NCBI GenBank assembly: GCA_963824995.1 | Contig: CAWGRK010000004.1 | Coordinates: forward strand, 1 to 64,000 | Direction of reading: 5' to 3' | Length of the DNA stretch: 64,000 nt | From: an uncultured Actinomycetes bacterium | GTDB taxonomy: Bacteria > Actinomycetota > Acidimicrobiia > Spongiisociales > DATADW01 | Shown: piece after piece, positions 21,899-30,874 of the stretch | Layout of the letters: each line of letters starts with the position of its first letter | Numbering within the stretch: position 1 is the stretch's first letter | The notes under the pieces: generated by a model | The model's database searches: none | The model's input: the letters and a program-made list of their open reading frames with translations, nothing else | What the model was told of the DNA's origin: nothing | Position numbers and translations under genes: made by a program

Positions 21899-22686
21899 TG
21901 ATTGACTCCCGAGGGCGCCACCGCTCGGTCCCACCGATCGGCGGGGGTCGCGCCCAGCGTCACGATCCCTTCCTCGGCCAGCTTAAGCAAATGTGCCTCG
22001 ACAGAAAAGGCGGCAAGCGGGTGCAGTTGGGGATCCACCTCCGAATACACCGTCTCGACGACGGCACCCACCGTGGCCGCGCCGTTGTCCACGGCGTCGA
22101 TCACCTGGCGCTCCCGCTCCATCCGGTGGGCCAGATAGCTGGCGATGACCGCCGCAGGGTCGTCGATGATCTCGCCATGACCGGGGTAAAGCTGGGCAAA
22201 GGTCATCGCCTCGAGACGGCGCAACGAGGCGAGGTACGCACCCATGTCCTCCACCATGACGGTGGAGCCGCCCATGATGTGATCTCCTGTAAACAACACC
22301 TCTCCCCACCGGAAACAGAGGTGGTCTTCAGCGTGACCGGGTGTGTGCAGCACGGTCACCGCCTTCGACCCTAGCCATACCGTGTCTCCCTCTACCAGCC
22401 GGACGTCGGGCGAGAATTCAGGTCCCTGTGCATGACCGTAGGCGGGGACGTCGAGTTCGGCCGCAAGCGGGTTGGCCAGAGGAGCGTGGTCGGGGTGGGT
22501 GTGTGTCACCAGGACGCCGACCGGTGTCAGACCCTCGAGCGCGGCATGGATGGCACCGCGGTGGCTTGCGATCACCGGTCCCGGGTCGATGATCAGGCAG
22601 AGACCCTCGTCACTCATGACCCAGGTGTTCGTCCCGGGGCCGGTGTAAGGACTGGGGTTGGGGGCGAGAACCCGCTCTATCTTCAC
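21895..22686 (-). CDS. MBL-fold metallo-hydrolase (LACTB2-like)
   Basis: APNPSPYTGPGTNTW, THTHPDH, TPGHAEDH, FTGDH, PGHG; GTG start overlaps the NUDIX stop. Confidence 0.92.
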   Translation of the reverse strand: MKIERVLAPNPSPYTGPGTNTWVMSDEGLCLIIDPGPVIASHRGAIHAALEGLTPVGVLVTHTHPDHAPLANPLAAELDVPAYGHAQGPEFSPDVRLVEGDTVWLGSKAVTVLHTPGHAEDHLCFRWGEVLFTGDHIMGGSTVMVEDMGAYLASLRRLEAMTFAQLYPGHGEIIDDPAAVIASYLAHRMERERQVIDAVDNGAATVGAVVETVYSEVDPQLHPLAAFSVEAHLLKLAEEGIVTLGATPADRWDRAVAPSGVNQ

Positions 22687-23417
22687 CCCGCCGCCTCGTA
22701 TCCGGGCTCGCCGGGGAGGATGAACCGCCAGCCATCGCCGTCGCGCACCGGGCGGGGGTGAACCGCCACCACCTCGCATGCCCTGGCGTGTTCGATCAGC
22801 TTGGCGGCGTCGTCCCATGAGGCGAGCCGGTCGAGGTGCTTGACCGTGGGGAGGATCATGGGCCACTCCCCCTCGCCGTGGCGGGCGAGGGCATCGGCAG
22901 GTGCAACCCACGCGGCGTCGAGCATCTCCCCCGGGTGGTGGCGCGCCTCGGTCGCCGGATCGACGAGGGCGACGAAGAACCGGGTGTCGAAACGGAGTGG
23001 CGAAATTGCCGGAGTCACCCAGTTGGAGAGGTAGGCGATCCCGGTCGCGGAGAGCACGACTCCGGCCTCCTCGAGGATCTCCCAGAATCGGTCGGGATCC
23101 GGATCGGGACTCGGTCCCAGATGTGACGCCATACCGGGCCCTGCTCCGACGAGCACGCCCGCCTCCTCGTACGTCTCACGGATGGCACAACGGATCGACG
23201 CGAGGAGTTCGGTCGGATTCCCATCGGGCACGACCGCGGTTGCGGCTGCGCTCCGGTCGGCCTCCTCCAGTTTCCCGCCGGGGAAGACCCACATCTCCGG
23301 GGCGAAGGGAGCTGTGCCGCGGTGGACCATGAGGACCGTGTACCCGCTGTCCTCCGGTCGAAGGACGCACATGCTCGCCGCGGCGACCGGCCCAGGTGCG
23401 ACTAGGGAGTCGGGCAC
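22683..23417 (-). CDS. NUDIX hydrolase (NUDT19-like)
   Basis: VFPGGK, AIRETYEEAGV, NWVTP..RFDTRFF. Confidence 0.9.
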   Translation of the reverse strand: MPDSLVAPGPVAAASMCVLRPEDSGYTVLMVHRGTAPFAPEMWVFPGGKLEEADRSAAATAVVPDGNPTELLASIRCAIRETYEEAGVLVGAGPGMASHLGPSPDPDPDRFWEILEEAGVVLSATGIAYLSNWVTPAISPLRFDTRFFVALVDPATEARHHPGEMLDAAWVAPADALARHGEGEWPMILPTVKHLDRLASWDDAAKLIEHARACEVVAVHPRPVRDGDGWRFILPGEPGYEAAG

Positions 23418-23452
23418 CGAGCGAGCCTAACCACGAGCGTTACCCTCAACCC

Positions 23453-24802
23453 ATGGCGGTGCGCAGCCTTCCGGCGGTGGATTCGCTGGTTCGCCGACTC
23501 GACAACCGCGGTCTGCCCCGCCTCCTGGTGGTGGAGTCCGCCAGGGCCGCGATCGATCAGGCGCGAGCCGCCATGAGCAGCGGCGACGACACGGCCGACC
23601 CGGCTCGACTGGCGGAGGCGGCGATCGAATACTTGGCTCGGCTCCGTTCCCGCCCCGTCATCAACGCCACCGGGGTGCTGCTGCACACCAATCTCGGACG
23701 CGCTCCACTGCCGGAAGCGGCGGCGAAAGCGGCATTCGAGGAATCCACGGGGTACGGGAACCTGGAGTTCGATCTCTCGTCTGGAGAACGGGGCGGGCGC
23801 GGTGCCTATGTGGAGACATTGTTGTGCCGGCTGACCGGAGCGCCTGCGGCGATGGTGGTCAACAACAACGCCGCCGCACTCTTCCTCGCCCTCGCCTCGC
23901 TGGCCGGAGGACGGCCGGTACCCGTGTCGCGTGGCGAATTGATCGAGATCGGGGGCTCTTACCGCCTTCCCGAGTTGATGGCGGCGAGCGGAGCGCGACT
24001 GGTAGAGGTGGGCACCACCAACCGCACCCGGGTAACTGACTACGCGACCGCAGCCGACGCCGCCCTGCTGCTCAAGGTGCACCCATCCAACTATCGGATC
24101 GAAGGTTTCACCGAGGAGGCGACGCTCGATGGGTTGGTGGCGCTCGGCCGCTCATCCGGCACCCCCGTGGTCTTCGACGCCGGCAGCGGTCTCCTCGACG
24201 CTTCCACGCCGTGGCTCCACAAGGGACCTCCGGCTTGGCTGGATAGCGAACCGGGGGTGAGGCAGGCGCTCGAGGCGGGGGCGGATCTGGTGCTCTTCTC
24301 GGGGGACAAGCTGCTTGGGGGCCCCCAGGCCGGGATCGTGGTCGGCCGCGAGGACCTCGTAGCTGTGCTGCGACGACACCCTGCGGCCCGAGCGCTTCGG
24401 TGCGGCGGCGCGGTGCTGGCGGCTCTGGCTGCCACCTTGGAGTTGTACGCCGGCGGCGAAGCCGCCAATGGGATCCCGCTGTGGAGGATGGCCACTGTGC
24501 CGGTGGATGAGATCGAGCGTCGGGCCCGCGGTCTCCTGTCGTCTGCCGGCGTAGAGGGGCAGACCGCGCCGGGCGAGTCCACCGCCGGAGCCGGTTCCAC
24601 GCCTGCCGGCGGCATCCCGACATCGTTGATAGTGGTGGACCGCCCGGGGGCCGATGTGGTCTGGCCGCGTCTGCTCGCCACCCATCCACGCCCCGTGGTT
24701 GCGAGGCGGGAAGCGGGATCGACCCTCATCGACCTGCGCACCGTGGAACCCGAGCACGACGCCGAGGTTGCCCGGGCGCTCGCTACCGCCTGCGCCGGTT
24801 AG
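23453..24802 (+). CDS. selA: L-seryl-tRNA(Sec) selenium transferase
   Basis: VINATGVLLHTNLGRAPL, VNNNAAA, SRGELIEIGGSYR, EVGTTNRT, KVHPSNY, FSGDKLLGGPQAG (PLP Lys), DLRTV. Confidence 0.95.
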   Translation: MAVRSLPAVDSLVRRLDNRGLPRLLVVESARAAIDQARAAMSSGDDTADPARLAEAAIEYLARLRSRPVINATGVLLHTNLGRAPLPEAAAKAAFEESTGYGNLEFDLSSGERGGRGAYVETLLCRLTGAPAAMVVNNNAAALFLALASLAGGRPVPVSRGELIEIGGSYRLPELMAASGARLVEVGTTNRTRVTDYATAADAALLLKVHPSNYRIEGFTEEATLDGLVALGRSSGTPVVFDAGSGLLDASTPWLHKGPPAWLDSEPGVRQALEAGADLVLFSGDKLLGGPQAGIVVGREDLVAVLRRHPAARALRCGGAVLAALAATLELYAGGEAANGIPLWRMATVPVDEIERRARGLLSSAGVEGQTAPGESTAGAGSTPAGGIPTSLIVVDRPGADVVWPRLLATHPRPVVARREAGSTLIDLRTVEPEHDAEVARALATACAG

Positions 24803-24805
24803 CCG

Positions 24806-26578
24806 ATGGCGGTGATCGGGACCGCCGGTCACGTCGATCATGGCAAGTCGACCTTGGTTCATGCCCTGACCGGACGTGATCCCGACCGCTGGCCCGAGGA
24901 GAAGAGCCGGGGGTTGACCATCGATCTCGGGTTCGCCTGGACAACCCTGCCGGGGGGTGTCGAGGTGTCGTTCGTCGATGTGCCCGGTCACGAGCGTTTC
25001 ATCAAGAACATGCTCGCCGGCATCGAGGCGATCGACGTCGCCCTGCTCGTGGTCGCCGCCGACGAGGCGTGGATGCCGCAGTCGGAGGAACATCTCGCCG
25101 TCCTCGATCTGCTCGGCGTAGCGGTAGGTGTGGTGGCCCTTACAAAGGTAGACCGGGTGGAACGCGACGTTGTCGAGTTGGCCCACATCGAGGTGGAAGA
25201 CCGGCTTGCCGGCACAACCCTCGAGGGATCTCAGGTGGTCGAAGTGGCCGCTCCCCAGGGTGTCGGCGTCGGAGCGCTCGCTGATGCGCTGGCCAGTGCC
25301 GTCCGGAGGACCGGTCCCCCGACATTCCGCAGCCGTCCCAGACTCTGGGTGGACCGCGTCTTCACCATCGACGGGGCGGGGACGGTCGTGACCGGGACGC
25401 TGCTCGGTGGAAACCTGCATACCGGCGATCAACTCACCTTGTGGCCAGGGCGTATACCCGCTCGGGTGCGCGGTCTTCAGATCCACGAGACCGAGCGCCC
25501 CGTGGCGAGTCCCGGGTATCGAACCGCGGTGAACTTGGGCGGCGTCCGGCGGGAGCAGGTGCGGCGCGGATCGATGCTGGGCGAGGAAGGACAGTGGCTG
25601 CCGAGTCGGAGGTTCGTCGCAACGCTGCGGCCGGCCCGGTACCACGATCGGCTTGGTCCCCGCGGGGCCTACCAGGTGCACATCGGGTCGGGAGCGGTGG
25701 GAGCGAAGATCAGGCTCCTCCAAGGGGCCGAAGGTGCCGCCATCGTCTCGCTCGACAGGGCGTTGCCGCTGGCCTCCGGTGACCGGTTCATCCTCAGAGA
25801 GACGGGGCGGCGGCGGGTGGTAGGGGGCGGCGCCGTCCTCGACCCGGCACCGAAAGGCCGCGTCGACCCCACGGCCATCGATCGGTTGGCCGAAGCAGTG
25901 ACCGTGGGCCCGGATGCGGTCGCCTCCGTCATGCTTCGGATGCGCCGCCAAGAGCAGGTCGATGTGTTGGCGGCCCACAGCGGCGGGGGGTGTGTCCCCG
26001 ACGCCAATGTCGCGGCAGGGTTGGCGTTGTCGGACGACGAACTCGACCGTCTCCGCACCGACGCGTTGCAACGGGTCGAGGCTCACCACCAATCGAACCG
26101 GCTCCGACCGGGGATGCCCGCCGCCCAACTCGCCGGAGAACTCGGGTTGAGCTTCGCCGTGCTCGATGCCTTGGTCGCGTCCCATCCCGATCTGGACATG
26201 CGGGGCGCCGACGTCGCTGTCGCCGGGTTCGAGCCGAGGCTCGACCCGTCGCAGGAGTCGCGCTGGCTGGAGGCAGCCGACCTGTTGGCGGGCGCCGGAC
26301 TAGCCGTCCCATCGATCACCGAACTGGATCTCGACCCCGAACTGCTCCACGCCGTCGCCCGATCGGGTCGGGTCGTGTTGGTCGACGAGTCGCTCGCCTA
26401 CCTACCCCATCAGATCGAGCGGATCGAATGGCTGTTGCGCCAGACCGAGGGTGCTTTCACCGTGGCGGAGGCGCGCGACACGCTCGGCCTGAGCAGGAAG
26501 TACGTCGTCCCGCTCTTGGAGTTTCTCGACCGGCGCGGAGTCACCAGGCGGAGCGGCGACCTACGAACTTTCCGGTGA
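24806..26578 (+). CDS. selB: Selenocysteine-specific elongation factor
   Basis: GTAGHVDHGKS, EEKSRGLTIDLGF, DVPGHERFIKNMLAG, TKVD; C-terminal winged helix LGLSRKYVVPLLEFLD..TRRSGD. Confidence 0.95.
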   Translation: MAVIGTAGHVDHGKSTLVHALTGRDPDRWPEEKSRGLTIDLGFAWTTLPGGVEVSFVDVPGHERFIKNMLAGIEAIDVALLVVAADEAWMPQSEEHLAVLDLLGVAVGVVALTKVDRVERDVVELAHIEVEDRLAGTTLEGSQVVEVAAPQGVGVGALADALASAVRRTGPPTFRSRPRLWVDRVFTIDGAGTVVTGTLLGGNLHTGDQLTLWPGRIPARVRGLQIHETERPVASPGYRTAVNLGGVRREQVRRGSMLGEEGQWLPSRRFVATLRPARYHDRLGPRGAYQVHIGSGAVGAKIRLLQGAEGAAIVSLDRALPLASGDRFILRETGRRRVVGGGAVLDPAPKGRVDPTAIDRLAEAVTVGPDAVASVMLRMRRQEQVDVLAAHSGGGCVPDANVAAGLALSDDELDRLRTDALQRVEAHHQSNRLRPGMPAAQLAGELGLSFAVLDALVASHPDLDMRGADVAVAGFEPRLDPSQESRWLEAADLLAGAGLAVPSITELDLDPELLHAVARSGRVVLVDESLAYLPHQIERIEWLLRQTEGAFTVAEARDTLGLSRKYVVPLLEFLDRRGVTRRSGDLRTFR

Positions 26579-26581
26579 CGC

Positions 26582-26836
26582 TTACGCGGTGGCGACGGCG
26601 AACTCGTCGCGACGCTCGACCTCGGTGAGGCCGCCCCAGATCCCGAACGGCTCCCGGATCTCGTTGGCGTACTCCAGACAGTCGAGCTTTACCGGGCAGA
26701 CGTCACAGATGGCTTTGGCTCGAAGCTCTCGACGTTCTCGGTCTTCCTTGCGCTCGAAGGTACTGGGGGGGAAGAAGAGGTGCGAGTGGTTGCCGCGGCA
26801 CAGTGCCCGCACCTGCCAGTCGTTCGAAAGCGTCAA
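26582..26836 (-). CDS. WhiB-family Fe-S transcriptional regulator
   Basis: ALC..FFPP..AKAICDVCPVKLDCLEYA..GIWGGLTEVER. Confidence 0.93.
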   Translation of the reverse strand: MTLSNDWQVRALCRGNHSHLFFPPSTFERKEDRERRELRAKAICDVCPVKLDCLEYANEIREPFGIWGGLTEVERRDEFAVATA

Positions 26837-26947
26837 GGCGACTCCATTCCTAGCCGGACGGCGAGCGAACCTACCAGCGGCCGCACGGCGAGACCAGGAA
26901 GTTTCTACCAGTTGTCCCAGGAAATTCCCAATCCATTCGTCTAACGC

Positions 26948-28227
26948 TCATCCGATGGAACCGTCGCCGCTTCTCGGCTCGACTTCGAGCACCGTCCCAC
27001 GTACCGCGGTGACAGTCACCCGGTCGCCGGCGGTGATGCCGGCGGCGCGATGGGAGGTTGCCGACCAACGCGCTCCGTCCACTTCGACTTCCCCATCTGG
27101 TCCCAGCCCGGTGGTGGCCACACCAGCGCGTCCGATGAGGTGATCCCGACCCACCGTCTGCGTCGAGAACCGAGCCCGCGCCACCGTGGGGAGTGCCGCG
27201 AAATAGAAGAGGACGACCGCAAGGGTGGCGATGGTCACACCCCACCACGAGGGCGAAAGGTGAGGCTCGGCATCGGCGAGGAAGGCTCCCCCAACCAGGA
27301 GCAGCACACCCCCGAGCAGACTCCAGCGACCAAACCGGCCCACCTGGAACTCGGCGGTGAGCAACCAGATTCCACCCATCAGCAGCAGGACCGCCCACCA
27401 TCGCAGCGGCAGCATCACCATCCCGTAGCCACCGACGAGGAGGCACAAGGCGGCGACCGCGGCGGCGACACCCGGGCCGGCGGCATAGAACTCGAACGCG
27501 GCCACCGCCAGCCCGACGGCCACCAGGAAGAAGGCGACGCCCGGGGCGAGCGCAGCCCGCATGACCCGTTGCAGCGGTCCCGGCTGGTGGAAGCGCACCT
27601 CCGCCACCACGGTCTCCGCCGGTTCGCCCTCGTCGTCGAGGAGAGGCTCGCCATCGGACCCGTGGCCGGGCCGAGCGTTTCCAGCCTGGTTGTCTCCCCC
27701 CGCACGGTCACCTCGGCGCCGTCGAGAGCGGCGAGCAGATTGGAGAGCGCCGGCTCGACCACATCCACCAATCCCGGTACTGGTGCCTCGATCACGACCT
27801 GGTCGTAGTTGGCCAAGCCATCCGGCGCCGACAGCTCGGTCCCGGTGACGAGAGGACTGCGGTAGCCGACGACGGCGCCGGGGGCAGCAGAACGTATCGG
27901 GGCCAGCCGCAGCATCTCGGCGGCGGCTCCGTGCACCACGGCGGGAGCCGGTCCCACCCAAACGGCCACCGGAAGCGGCGGGGCGTCGACCAGTTGCAGC
28001 AGCTCATCGATCTCCGAGGTGAGGACACCGGGCACGTCGAGCTGGAGCACCACCAGTTGCGAGCCGCGCTCGGCCGCTTGCTCGATCTCGGTCACCACGA
28101 AGTCGCGCGCCATACCGTCGATCGACCCCGAGACTTCGAGCACGTCCACCGGCGGCACCTGTTGCGCTGCGGCGGACTGAGCCGATGCAATGAATGCCGC
28201 AAGGAAGATGATTGCGGCCCAGCGCAT
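26948..28227 (-). CDS. NfeD-family membrane protein (ClpP-like N domain, TM region, OB-fold C domain), frameshift near 27670
   Basis: Signal peptide, LQLDVPG, PVAVWVGP; multi-TM FEFYAAGPGV segment; GEVEVDGARWSA..VTVTAVRGTVLEV. Confidence 0.8.
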
Positions 28228-28299
28228 GTCGCGATGGTAGGAGGGCATCGCCGCGGCCCGGCTATGCCGCGCCCCGCGGCCCACCGGTACTGTGGCTCC

Positions 28300-28761
28300 G
28301 TGGTCACTCTGCTGCTCGTTGCCGATGGTCCTTGGGTGCGCAACGAGGTGGCGGCTGCGCTGGCCGACTCCTCGACTCTGCTCGAGGAGTCCGACCCTCG
28401 GCGGGCAGTAGAACGCATGGAAGACGACAACGCCGACGCGGTCATCATCGACATGCAGGTCGGCTCGATGGGGGGGATGGCAATCGTGCGGGCATTGCTC
28501 GACGCCGCCGCGATGAGTCATGTCCCTAGGACGCCGACCATCCTCCTCCTCGATCGGAGCGCCGACGTCTTTCTCGCCGGGAGGGCCGGGGCCGACGCCT
28601 TCCTGGTCAAGCCGATTGTCGCCGCGGAACTCCGAGCGGCGCTACGGGGGCGTACTCGAGGAGACCCCCCAAGAGGAATCGGGTCGCCACAGCCGAGACC
28701 TAGGGCTAGGGTCGGCCGACCACCAGGATTGAAGGGCCAGAGATGCGCAAGTGCTTCGTGA
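28300..28761 (+). CDS. Stand-alone response-regulator receiver domain (C-terminus uncertain; possible indel near 28650 giving a stop at 28732)
   Basis: LLVAD, VIIDMQVGSMGG, LLLDRSADVFLA..AGAD..LVKP. Confidence 0.8.
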   Translation: MVTLLLVADGPWVRNEVAAALADSSTLLEESDPRRAVERMEDDNADAVIIDMQVGSMGGMAIVRALLDAAAMSHVPRTPTILLLDRSADVFLAGRAGADAFLVKPIVAAELRAALRGRTRGDPPRGIGSPQPRPRARVGRPPGLKGQRCASAS

Positions 28762-30449
28762 TCCTCTTTGCGCTGGCAATGCTGACGTCTGCGCTACCGG
28801 TCACCGCGGCACCAACGGCGCCGGTCGCTCCGGCGGCAGTACCCCCGCAACGATCCCTGCGCTGGCGCTCCTGCTATCCCGAGTTTGGCCCCGACTTCGA
28901 GTGCGCTGTGGCCCGGGTCCCGCTCGACCACGACCGCCCGCGGGGAAGCACCATCGGGATCGCCATGGTCCGGCTCCCGGCTTCGGACCCGGCGCGACGC
29001 CTTGGGTCGTTGTTCGTCAACCCAGGCGGACCGGGAGGGTCGGGCGTGGACATGGTGCTTCAGGCAGGTCCCTTTCTGTACACCGATGAGGTGCGTGCTC
29101 GCTACGACTTGATCGGGTTCGACCCCCGCGGGATCAACCGGAGCCGCCCGTTGCTCTGCTTCCGCAACCTGGATGAGGCGTTCAGCGTCGTATGGCCCTT
29201 TACCTTCCCGTTCGAGCCGGGCGAGGAGGAAATCGCCGAGCAACTCGACCGAGCGCTGGCCACGGCATGCGCCGAACGGGGCGGGGCGATCGACGATCAC
29301 ATGGCGACGGCCGACGTGGCCCGAGACCTCGACCTGCTGCGGCGCAAAGTGGGTGATCGCCAGCTCAACTTCGTCGGCTACTCGTATGGCTCGTTCCTCG
29401 GCGTCACCTACGCCAGCCTGTTCCCCGACCGGGTGGGGCGGGTCGTGGTGGACGGCGTCCTCGACCCGATCGCATGGACGACCGGGCGAGGTGCCGAGGC
29501 ACTGACTCAGCCCTTCTCCACCCGATTGCGGAGCGACGCAGGCGCCCAAGCGACCCTTGACGAGTTCTTCTCGCTATGCGATGAGGCAGGGCCCGATGGT
29601 TGCGCCTTCGCCGGTGATTCGGCGCAGCGGTTTGCCGCCCTAGCCGAGGTGTTGAAGCAGGGGCCTATCGAGATCATCGATCCCTTCACCGGGGAGCCGT
29701 TCCTACTCCACTACTCCGACGCGATCGGAGAGACTCTCCGCGCCCTGTACGACTCGTCCAGCTGGCCTGAGTTCGCCCTGCTCCTGGCACTGATCGAGCA
29801 AGATGCATCGCCGGAGGAGATCGGGAAGGCGATGGCGGCGGTGGAAGCAAAGGTGGGATTGGCCGCCGGGTCTCTGCCCGAGCCCCGCTACCCGAACTTC
29901 GTCGAGGGATTCCCCAGCGTCTCCTGCTCGGACAGCGTCAACCCCGACGATCACGGTTACTGGTCAATCGCCGGCGCCGAATCCGACGCCCAGTTCGGAT
30001 ATTTCGGTCGAATCTGGACCTGGTTCTCCTCGATATGCGCTGTCTGGCAGGGGTTCGACCAGGACCGCTACCTCGGCCCGTTCGACCGCGACACCGCCAA
30101 CCCGGTCCTCGTGGTGGGAACTCGGTACGACCCGGCGACGCGTTACGAGGGAGCTCTCATCGTCGACGACTTGCTCCCCAACTCGAGCCTGCTCACCGTC
30201 GAGGGTTGGGGCCACACCTCGCTCTTCCTCTCCGTCTGCGCCGACGAGGCGACCGCCGCTTATCTCCTGGAGGGGACGACACCGCCGCCAGGGACCGTGT
30301 GCACCCAGGACTTCGACCCGTTCCCCGTGGTCGGCGCCCAACGGGCCGACGACACCCTGGCGCAACGCCAGTCACTGCGACGCGAGGTGATGTCGGAGGT
30401 CGCCATCTATCCCAGTGAGGTGAACCCCCGGCGATCGGTCCGGCCCTGA
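28743..30449 (+). CDS. Secreted alpha/beta hydrolase (TAP-like tripeptidyl peptidase family)
   Basis: Signal peptide, VPLDHD, NPGGPGGSG, FDPRG, GYSYG, YDPAT, GWGH. Confidence 0.9.
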   Translation: MRKCFVILFALAMLTSALPVTAAPTAPVAPAAVPPQRSLRWRSCYPEFGPDFECAVARVPLDHDRPRGSTIGIAMVRLPASDPARRLGSLFVNPGGPGGSGVDMVLQAGPFLYTDEVRARYDLIGFDPRGINRSRPLLCFRNLDEAFSVVWPFTFPFEPGEEEIAEQLDRALATACAERGGAIDDHMATADVARDLDLLRRKVGDRQLNFVGYSYGSFLGVTYASLFPDRVGRVVVDGVLDPIAWTTGRGAEALTQPFSTRLRSDAGAQATLDEFFSLCDEAGPDGCAFAGDSAQRFAALAEVLKQGPIEIIDPFTGEPFLLHYSDAIGETLRALYDSSSWPEFALLLALIEQDASPEEIGKAMAAVEAKVGLAAGSLPEPRYPNFVEGFPSVSCSDSVNPDDHGYWSIAGAESDAQFGYFGRIWTWFSSICAVWQGFDQDRYLGPFDRDTANPVLVVGTRYDPATRYEGALIVDDLLPNSSLLTVEGWGHTSLFLSVCADEATAAYLLEGTTPPPGTVCTQDFDPFPVVGAQRADDTLAQRQSLRREVMSEVAIYPSEVNPRRSVRP

Positions 30450-30472
30450 CCAGGTAAGATCGCTGCTCCCGA

Positions 30473-30546
30473 CGGGACGTGGCGCAGTTTGGCAGCGCGC
30501 AGCGTTCGGGACGCTGAGGTCGCCGGTTCGAATCCGGCCGTCCCGA
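30473..30546 (+). tRNA. tRNA-Pro(CGG)
   Basis: Cloverleaf: acceptor CGGGACG/CGTCCCG, D arm GCGC/GCGC, anticodon arm CAGCG-TTCGGGA-CGCTG, T arm GCCGG-TTCGAAT-CCGGC; CCA not encoded. Confidence 0.97.
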
Positions 30547-30874
30547 CAGAAGAGTGGCTGGTTAGGTGAGTGGAGCGGGTCTGACCAGGCACCTCCGATC
30601 CGACCATCCCGCGTTCATCCCGCGGCGCACGCACAAGGCGAGCGTCCGATGACTCAGAACCCCAGCCTCCTGGGCCAAGGAAGAAGGTGCTCCCCGCTGT
30701 CACAGAGCACTGGAAGCCGACTCAACGGGCCATGCGTGAGACTCACCCGACTTTGCTCTACCGGATTCGGCATGGGCTCCGACTACTCGCAGATCCTCCG
30801 GTCGAAACGCAGCGGTTTCGCTGTCGCCACTGCCACGGCCCGGATCGTGACCGCTCTATATACCCTGCGCCCTG

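Noticed and set aside
24152..26185. Long antisense ORFs (e.g. 24152-26185 minus, 48992-50734 plus, 40239-41636 plus)
   Set aside because: Shadow ORFs opposite well-supported genes, expected in high-GC DNA.
30547..30874. tRNA-Sec, ncRNA or integrase remnant after tRNA-Pro
   Set aside because: No UCA-anticodon cloverleaf, recognisable RNA motif or recombinase motif seen.
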